Shown: in pieces, positions 55,380-64,000 of the stretch
How the letters are laid out: every line of letters starts with the position of its first letter
Position numbering within the stretch: the stretch's first letter is position 1
DNA from: an uncultured Burkholderiales bacterium
GTDB taxonomy: Bacteria; Pseudomonadota; Gammaproteobacteria; Burkholderiales; Burkholderiaceae_C
NCBI GenBank assembly: GCA_903876885.1
Contig: CAIRBP010000049.1
Location: 25 to 64,024, forward strand
Direction of reading: 5' to 3'
Length of the DNA: 64,000 nt
Translations under genes and position numbers: made by a program
Notes under the pieces: model-generated
Told to the model about the DNA's origin: nothing
The model's database searches: none
The model's input: only the letters and a program-made list of their open reading frames with translations

Positions 55380-55422
55380 TGTCATTAATTTGTTACAAAT
55401 TAAGTGTCTAGACTAATTGACA
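55380..55422. promoter_or_regulatory. Tandem perfect PpsR boxes between divergent hemE and dxs
   Basis: TGT-N12-ACA at 55380-55397 and 55405-55422, 7 bp apart. Confidence 0.85.
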
Positions 55423-55475
55423 TTTTTTAAATTTCCGATAAATTATAAAGTCCACCTAAACACGGAAGGCTTGTC

Positions 55476-57356
55476 ATGGAAGGGAGTTTATTGCATTGGG
55501 TAAAGTCCCCTGCGTTACTCAGAAAGTTGGCTCGGTCTCAGTTACCAATGGTTGCAGACGATTTGCGGTCTGACTTGATTGAAATTGTGTCTCAAACCGG
55601 AGGGCACTTTAGTTCTAACTTGGGTACGGTTGAGTTAACGGTTGCACTGCATTATGTATTCAATACGCCCGAGGATCGGTTAGTCTGGGACGTGGGGCAT
55701 CAGACTTATGTGCACAAAATGTTGACTGGTCGTTTTGATCAAATGAAAACACTCAGACAAAAATCTGGGTTGAGTGGTTTTCCCAAAAGAGAGGAAAGCC
55801 CTTACGATACATTTGGAACAGCGCACTCCTCAACCAGTATCTCAGCAGCGCTTGGTATGGCTTTGGGGGCCAAACAACTTGGCTCCAAGCGCAAGTGCGT
55901 GGCAATTATTGGAGATGGAGCACTGACTGCAGGAATGGCTTACGAAGCATTAAATAACGCAGGCGCTAGTGATTGCGATCTTTTGGTCATACTCAATGAC
56001 AACGATATGTCCATCAGCCCTCCGGTGGGAGCATTAAACAATTATTTAAAGCAGTTAATGCAGGGACGCTTTTATGCAAGTGCTAAAGAATTCGGCAAGA
56101 ACATACTAAAGAACGCACCTCCCCTTTTTGCGCTCGCAAAACACTTGGAGCAACAAACACAGGAACTGGTGAATCACAACACCATTTTCGAGAAAATGGG
56201 CTTCCAATATACGGGACCTATTGACGGACATGATGTAAGAGTTTTAGTGGACACCCTAGAGAGGATTAAAGATTACAAGGGTCCACAATTCCTGCATGTC
56301 GTCACTCAAAAGGGAAAGGGATATCAAAAAGCTGAGATCGATCCGATTGCTTACCACGGCCCAGGAAAGTTTGATCCCAAGATTGGAATACTACCGGCAA
56401 CACAGTCCAAGGTAACCTACACACAAGTATTTGGGAACTGGCTATGCGATATGGCAGCGCATGACCCTAAACTGGTCGCAATAACTCCTGCTATGCGAGA
56501 GGGCTCTGGAATGGTTAAATTTAGTGAATCGTATCCCGATCGCTACTACGATGTCGGCATTGCTGAGCAGCACGCTGTTACGTTTGCTGCGGGCTTGGCG
56601 TGTGAAGGGCTAAAACCAGTTGTTGCGATCTACTCTACTTTTTTACAACGAGGATACGATCAACTCATCCACGACGTAGCTCTTCAAAACCTCCCCGTCG
56701 TTTTTGCTCTTGACCGAGCAGGTATTGTCGGACCGGATGGACCTACACATGCAGGTCTTTACGATATCGCCTTCACCAGGTGCATTCCTAACATGAGCAT
56801 CATCTGTCCCTCAGACGAGGCCGAGTGTAGAAAGCTACTCAGCACAGCTTACTTGCATAACGGGCCTGTAACCGTTCGTTACCCAAGAGGCACTGGGGTC
56901 GGAGCAGCAATAAATAACTCACTCGAGCCGCTGCCATGGGGGAAAGCGAAGGTCGTGCACAGCGCAGGAGATTTGGCGCTACTCGCCTTTGGTCCTTTGC
57001 TTCAGCCAGCACTTGAAATTGGGAAAAAATGGGGCTTCAGTGTTGTAGACATGCGCTGGGCAAAGCCTTTGGATCTGGATGTGTTGGCCAAGTTAGCACA
57101 AACACACAAGGGCCTAGTAACTCTTGAAGACGGCAGTACAGCAGGGGGCGCTGGCTCCGCGGTTCTTGAGGCATGCCAGGATATGGGGATAACTGTAGAA
57201 ATCCTTTGTATAGGATTTAGTGATGAGTTCACCGAGCACGGAGATCATAGTCAGTTGCTTAAAGAGTATAAACTTGATGCGCAGGGTATCGAGTTCAAGA
57301 TCTTGTCTCGCTGGCCAGAGCTGGAGAATTCGCAAAAAGATCAGTTGGCGGCTTAG
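55476..57356 (+). CDS. dxs: 1-deoxy-D-xylulose-5-phosphate synthase
   Basis: GGH.SSNLG.VEL, DVGHQ.Y.HK, GDGA..N TPP motif, IAEQHA, DRAG..G.DGPTH. Confidence 0.97.
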   Translation: MEGSLLHWVKSPALLRKLARSQLPMVADDLRSDLIEIVSQTGGHFSSNLGTVELTVALHYVFNTPEDRLVWDVGHQTYVHKMLTGRFDQMKTLRQKSGLSGFPKREESPYDTFGTAHSSTSISAALGMALGAKQLGSKRKCVAIIGDGALTAGMAYEALNNAGASDCDLLVILNDNDMSISPPVGALNNYLKQLMQGRFYASAKEFGKNILKNAPPLFALAKHLEQQTQELVNHNTIFEKMGFQYTGPIDGHDVRVLVDTLERIKDYKGPQFLHVVTQKGKGYQKAEIDPIAYHGPGKFDPKIGILPATQSKVTYTQVFGNWLCDMAAHDPKLVAITPAMREGSGMVKFSESYPDRYYDVGIAEQHAVTFAAGLACEGLKPVVAIYSTFLQRGYDQLIHDVALQNLPVVFALDRAGIVGPDGPTHAGLYDIAFTRCIPNMSIICPSDEAECRKLLSTAYLHNGPVTVRYPRGTGVGAAINNSLEPLPWGKAKVVHSAGDLALLAFGPLLQPALEIGKKWGFSVVDMRWAKPLDLDVLAKLAQTHKGLVTLEDGSTAGGAGSAVLEACQDMGITVEILCIGFSDEFTEHGDHSQLLKEYKLDAQGIEFKILSRWPELENSQKDQLAA

Positions 57357-57492
57357 GGAGATAGAGCACTAATTAAAATCGATAAGTCGGTTATATTAAG
57401 CTACCTATACCTGGCAAAAGATCTTAGAAAATTGAGTGAAAATAAAGTTTTTAAACCAAAACCATCTTTAAATTTTAAAAAAGGAGAGAAAA

Positions 57493-57675
57493 ATGCACAG
57501 CACTAAATTAACTGGAATGGTTATTATTTTTTTAATCAATACATTTCTTTTCCATTTTGTTTTTCAATTTAAAGGTGGCGCCTCTCAAGCAGCAGTGTGG
57601 ATTGCCTCTATCGCTTTTGGACTCATCTCAGCAGCTGTGCTTCATATGACAACCAAGAAGCAAGGTGAGATCTAA
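57493..57675 (+). CDS. Small two-TM hypothetical protein (60 aa)
   Basis: AAGGAG RBS; two hydrophobic helices, each with a His near its end. Confidence 0.65.
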   Translation: MHSTKLTGMVIIFLINTFLFHFVFQFKGGASQAAVWIASIAFGLISAAVLHMTTKKQGEI

Positions 57676-57871
57676 ATTGAAATTTAAACAATTGGCATGT
57701 CTTTAACTGATTTTCCAAAGTAACATACAAACTGTCAAAGCTTCCAAACAAACGCACAACGAAGCTTACCTTTAGTTGTCTTTGAACCTAGTCACTTTTA
57801 TTGCCTGCGAAATTTTGTAAAAACGCAAGCTCGCCCAAAGCCTGCTTGAATGATTTTTCTTTATCTATATT

Positions 57872-59856
<1,985 letters not shown>

Positions 59857-59875
59857 TTTAGATCTTCAATAAGTT

Positions 59876-60805
59876 ATGTCTTCAAAGTTAACTATCGCGA
59901 CGAGAGAGAGCAGGCTCGCTCTTTGGCAGGCCAATCACGTTAAGGATCTTTTGCAAAAGCAGGGCCACAGCGTTGAGCTTCTAGGTATGACAACGCTCGG
60001 GGATCAAATTCTTGACAAACCATTAAGCAAAGTGGGCGGCAAGGGGCTCTTTATTAAAGAGCTTGAGGTTGCACTTGAGAACGGACAAGCGCAACTGGCG
60101 GTTCATTCGCTTAAAGATGTTCCTATGGATTTACCTGCAGGCTTTGCGCTAGCCTGCATCTTATCTCGCGAGGACCCACGAGATGCTTGGGTATCAAATG
60201 AATATCCCAACTTAGCCAGCCTACCCAGGGGGGCCGTCATCGGAACTTCAAGCCTTAGAAGAACGGTTCTCATTCGCAAACTTCGGCCCGATTTAGTCAT
60301 TGAGCCGCTAAGAGGCAACTTGGATACGCGCCTTAAAAAGCTTGACGAAGGTCACTATCAAGGCATCATATTAGCAGCAGCAGGACTTAAGCGGCTAGGC
60401 TTGGGTGCACGCATTAGAGATGTGTTCAAAACCACTGAGATGTTACCCGCTGCGGGGCAAGGTGCCATAGGAATAGAGATCGGAGAAGATCGCCCTGATA
60501 TTATGCAAATACTTGCTCCACTGAATGACTTGGAAACAGCGATCCGTGTTTATGCTGAGCGTGGAGTAAGCAGAGCTATGGGTGGAAGTTGCTCCATGCC
60601 ACTAGCAGCCCATGCAACGCTTGATGGCAACGTTTTATCTATCAATGCGGCATGGGGGGATCATTTAAGCGAGGATCCCAGTCTGTTACACGCTTTTTGT
60701 GAGTGCAACGTTGTTGTAGGCGACCCTAATATATTGACAAAAGCTACCCAACTGGGTCAAAGCGTTGCTGAGAGCTTAATCTCCCAAGGCGCTAGGAAGA
60801 TGTAA
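59876..60805 (+). CDS. hemC: Hydroxymethylbilane synthase
   Basis: [37 protein letters not shown]. Confidence 0.97.
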   Translation: MSSKLTIATRESRLALWQANHVKDLLQKQGHSVELLGMTTLGDQILDKPLSKVGGKGLFIKELEVALENGQAQLAVHSLKDVPMDLPAGFALACILSREDPRDAWVSNEYPNLASLPRGAVIGTSSLRRTVLIRKLRPDLVIEPLRGNLDTRLKKLDEGHYQGIILAAAGLKRLGLGARIRDVFKTTEMLPAAGQGAIGIEIGEDRPDIMQILAPLNDLETAIRVYAERGVSRAMGGSCSMPLAAHATLDGNVLSINAAWGDHLSEDPSLLHAFCECNVVVGDPNILTKATQLGQSVAESLISQGARKM

Positions 60806-60863
60806 TCAAGCTTGGTATTGAACTCATCCTTTTAAAAATTCAAACTTTAGATAAATTCAGGCT

Positions 60864-61481
60864 TTAGGTAAACATAGGGGAAGTAGAGGACGAAGAGTTC
60901 ACAATTCCCATGAATGCTGACAACTGAAAAACGGAATTTGGGCTTCTCGGAACCATTTTTGGAGGTGGATCCTTCAACTTAAAACGCCCCGTTGTTGAGG
61001 GAGTTGACTCAATTGTGTTCCACTGGGGCAACAGAGTAACAAGGTCAATAAGTCTTTGTGAGTCCAAGAACTCCTCGATCAATGCCACAAATGAGCTCTC
61101 CACTGAAGCTGCGTCTATGGCCAATGAAAGTGAATCCTCAGAATTGTCTAGCGCCTCAAAGGTACTTTCATCAGCGCTGGTTGTATTAGGTGAGAGCGAT
61201 TGCTGTGAAGTCTTAGAAGGTGCATTGGACTTATCAAATATTCTCACCAAATCCAAAACCGTTAATTGCTCTAAATCTGCACTAAGTTGATAGCCTCCAC
61301 CGGGCCCCTTAACGGACTTAATGATCTCGTGGCTTTTGAGTTGTTTGAGAATTTGCTCGAGGTTTGATACGGATAACCCGGTCGACTCAGCTAACTCTAA
61401 AGTCGTGACCATTTTTGCCTTAGATCCACAAGCAATTAAAACTGTTACATCCAGTCCCGTAATAGCGCGTTTCGAAATCAT
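60864..61481 (-). CDS. Rrf2-family transcriptional regulator without the Fe-S cysteine triad
   Basis: wHTH LS.SNLEQIL..L, SVKGPGGGY; only one Cys. Confidence 0.88.
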   Translation of the reverse strand: MISKRAITGLDVTVLIACGSKAKMVTTLELAESTGLSVSNLEQILKQLKSHEIIKSVKGPGGGYQLSADLEQLTVLDLVRIFDKSNAPSKTSQQSLSPNTTSADESTFEALDNSEDSLSLAIDAASVESSFVALIEEFLDSQRLIDLVTLLPQWNTIESTPSTTGRFKLKDPPPKMVPRSPNSVFQLSAFMGIVNSSSSTSPMFT

Positions 61482-61598
61482 AATTTCCTCGCGTAATGTT
61501 GAAAACCCTTATTGGTTGTGTAGATTTTATAGCCTAAATTCAAAATTATCTACGCAAAATAGGTTGAGTACCATTTAAATATCTATATTTTCGAGTTA

Positions 61599-61631
61599 AA
61601 CTAGTCTAAATCTATTCAATATCTATTCAAA
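61599..61631 (+). repeat. Three tandem 11-bp direct repeats directly before the MerR start
   Basis: AACTAGTCTAA / ATCTATTCAAT / ATCTATTCAAA. Confidence 0.6.
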
Positions 61632-61632
61632 A

Positions 61633-62763
61633 ATGAAAATAGACAACTTACCAAACACCATTTACTACAAAATTGGGGCCGTCTCGGAACTAACCGGAAT
61701 ACCCGTCACAACCATTAGAGATTGGGAAAATAGATATCAAGCTTTTATACCAACAAAGACTGGCGGCAATCACCGCATGTACAAACAGTCTGATATCGAG
61801 AGGGCTCAGCTGTTTAAACAACTAAGCGAAAAAGGTCAGTCCATCAGCACTATCGCAAAACTCTCCAATGAAGAGCTTCAAAACCTATTGAGAAACTACA
61901 AGTTGGCTCAACTCTCAACCCGTAATTCAAACACGGATGATTCACCGAAAGGGGTCACTCCATTCAGTCCAGCCAGCGCTTTAGAGGCTTTTTATGATCC
62001 AAAGGTATTGCAAGCAGGAACAAGACTGGTTCACACAGCAGTTGTTGGATTATCTTTAGCAAGACGCTTGGAGGGAGCTAAATTTATCCAAGCGTTTGAC
62101 AGAGCCAGGTTACAGCTTAATCATGTTTTTATGGACATGCATGAGGCCAAAGACTTTGGAGAAAATTTAAAGCGGTCCAACTCGTCCCAGCAGTCTCCTC
62201 AAAGTCAACTCATTGTCATAAGTCAAAACGCGCTTCAACAACTAAACGCAGACGAAATTGACAGTCTCAATCAGACCAATTTGTTTCAAAAAATGATTGT
62301 TCTCTATCAATTCGCTCCAAGCGCTGTCCTCGACTCCCTTAGAAATAAGAACATCATCCTTAAAAGAGAGCCCCTGACTGAGGGTGAATTAGCAGAACTC
62401 ATCTCTTCTGTCTTGGTCTTTGATACAGAGCAAACCATCGCTACATTCTCTTCAACGCAAAATCAGAGCTTTCCGGCCTCTAATAGTCTTGCGCTCATAC
62501 CGCCACGCAAATACTCGGATGAAACGCTATTAAGAGTTGCGACAATGCCTACAAATATATTTTGTGAGTGTCCCCAACACGTCAGCGAAATAATCTCACA
62601 TCTTGCCAGTTTTGAAAAATACAGCCAAGACTGTCTCAGCCAAACTCATGATGATAAAGAACTCCATGGCTATTTAAGTAGCGTTTCCGGAACCGCTAGG
62701 GCGCTCTTCGAGCTGGCTCTAGAAAAACTAGCCGCTTATGAAGGCATAGCTCTTGAGCCGTAA
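61633..62763 (+). CDS. MerR-family (LitR/CarH-type HTH) regulator with a Cys/His-rich C-terminal domain
   Basis: YKIGAVSELTGI...TIRDWENRY...P.KT.G.HRMY HTH; C-terminal CECPQH...FEKYS..C...LH. Confidence 0.88.
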   Translation: MKIDNLPNTIYYKIGAVSELTGIPVTTIRDWENRYQAFIPTKTGGNHRMYKQSDIERAQLFKQLSEKGQSISTIAKLSNEELQNLLRNYKLAQLSTRNSNTDDSPKGVTPFSPASALEAFYDPKVLQAGTRLVHTAVVGLSLARRLEGAKFIQAFDRARLQLNHVFMDMHEAKDFGENLKRSNSSQQSPQSQLIVISQNALQQLNADEIDSLNQTNLFQKMIVLYQFAPSAVLDSLRNKNIILKREPLTEGELAELISSVLVFDTEQTIATFSSTQNQSFPASNSLALIPPRKYSDETLLRVATMPTNIFCECPQHVSEIISHLASFEKYSQDCLSQTHDDKELHGYLSSVSGTARALFELALEKLAAYEGIALEP

Positions 62764-62810
62764 CGCTGCATCCTAAGTAGAGAGTTTGAACTGGCAATTA
62801 CACTACCTAA

Positions 62811-63380
62811 ATGCAACTCCTAAAGCCCGGCCCCCAGCACATAAAGAGCTACCTTAGCGCTTTAGCACGCGGCTGGCATGATCTTCCCACGGGCTCAACG
62901 GCTGAAAATGTTAAGAGCAAAATTAGGGAAATTCAAGACCATACATCAGAGTTCCTGGACTTATTTGATGACCATGCTGCTCGAGCCCTACCCTACCTAC
63001 TTCCAGATAAGTCCGTAGCTTATGCTATCCCAAGTATTCGTAGATGGATTTGGGACGAGACACGTCTAGAGTACTGCGGAACAGTCTCACTACGCTGGCA
63101 AAAAGGTAGCACAGAACTCCCACCGCACCTAATGGGGCACATTGGATACAGTGTTCCGCCTTGGATGCAAAACAAGGGGTTCGCGAGCACCGGACTTAAA
63201 GAGATACTCAAGGTAGCCAAAGTCCAGGGCTTGCCATTTGTTCACATCGTCACTGATATTGATAACTTTGCTTCAATACGAGTAATCGAAAAAAATAACG
63301 GCACTCTTATTGAAAAATTCACAAAACCAGAAATGTATGGTGCAGGACTTGCCTTAAGGTACAAAATCACTACGAATTGA
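62811..63380 (+). CDS. GNAT-family acetyltransferase
   Basis: GHIGYSVPP..Q.KGFA, D.DN.AS.RVIEKN.G. Confidence 0.88.
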   Translation: MQLLKPGPQHIKSYLSALARGWHDLPTGSTAENVKSKIREIQDHTSEFLDLFDDHAARALPYLLPDKSVAYAIPSIRRWIWDETRLEYCGTVSLRWQKGSTELPPHLMGHIGYSVPPWMQNKGFASTGLKEILKVAKVQGLPFVHIVTDIDNFASIRVIEKNNGTLIEKFTKPEMYGAGLALRYKITTN

Positions 63381-63513
63381 AATAAGTTCAACACAAACAC
63401 ATATCTCATTACCCTGGATTAATTAAGTCCAGTCCAATGCACTAGCCCAGAAGTAGAGAATACTGATCCGCTTAGACTGCACGCCTACACAACCCTATGG
63501 TATAGAATAGTAT

Positions 63514-63711
63514 TGTTGGAGTGCCAGATTTTCCTGCAGGGAGAATCAGTTAAACGGGAACGTGGAGATCATGCAAATGAACAACCACACTGTCCTCGCA
63601 ACGGTAAGTGAACGCATTTCGAATGCAAAGACTTCTAGAGTCCACTGAATAATTTAATTATTTGGGAAGGAAGAACTCTTTTGTTCATCAGTCCGGATAC
63701 CGGCTCTAACA
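63514..63711 (+). ncRNA. Cobalamin riboswitch
   Basis: P1 TGTTGGAG/CTCTAACA; TTAAACGGGAA; CTGTCCTCGCAACGGTAA; CCACTG...GGGAAGG; B12 box AGTCCGGATACCGGC; upstream of a TonB-dependent receptor. Confidence 0.9.
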
Positions 63712-63853
63712 GGCGGAAATAGCGACGCGGGATTTCGCATGCCAGTATCCAGAGATTAAATCTCTAGTGTGACATGTCCTGCGCGTTATTTTTATGCGGA
63801 AAGTAGTTAACGAGGTTAGTTAACGAAATCTAACTTGTTGCAGGTCATGACTC

Positions 63854-64000
63854 ATGTTTTTATCCAAGGCCCATCCTCTCAAACTGCGTTCAATATTCTT
63901 TTTTTTCCTAACACCCTATCTTGGACTTTTCTACAGTTCTTTTAGTCAAGCTGATGAGTTTTTAGATCCAGTTGTTGTCACAGCCTCTCGAATCGAACAA
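63854..64000 (+). CDS. TonB-dependent receptor, likely BtuB (3'-truncated)
   Basis: Signal-peptide-like N-terminus, then TonB box LDPVVVTASRIEQ; downstream of the B12 riboswitch. Confidence 0.75.
   Translation, partial: MFLSKAHPLKLRSIFFFFLTPYLGLFYSSFSQADEFLDPVVVTASRIEQ

Overview
This window holds an almost complete anoxygenic photosynthesis gene cluster (PGC, about 2.0-60.8 kb) from an AT-rich bacterium, most likely a Betaproteobacterium (Burkholderiales-like, inferred from gene content and sequence style). It contains puc (LH2), bchH-I-D, bchG-bch2-bchP, bciB, ppaA-ppsR, bchFNBLM-lhaA-puhABC-acsF-puhE-crtIB, ndh, crtADC, pufB-orf-ALMC, crtEF-bchCXYZ, the precursor genes hemA, hemE, hemF, hemB, hemC and dxs, and ispH at the left edge. 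acsF, hemF and crtA are present and no bchE is visible, which fits an aerobic anoxygenic phototroph. It is flanked by the 3' end of an H+-PPase gene on the left, and on the right by a divergent Rrf2/MerR regulator pair, a GNAT, a cobalamin riboswitch and the start of a BtuB-like receptor. Notable points: (i) LH2 alpha/beta sequences predict a blue-shifted, LH3-like antenna, and the puc genes sit with a second PpaA-like regulator and unannotated small membrane ORFs; (ii) bchH has moved out of bchFNB(H)LM into a bchHID unit; (iii) heme and MEP genes carry perfect tandem PpsR boxes; (iv) a MerR protein with a Cys/His-rich C-terminal domain has CarH-style 11-bp repeats at its start. I found no CRISPR array, IS element, tRNA or rRNA. 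All calls come from motif recognition by eye; no database searches were run.
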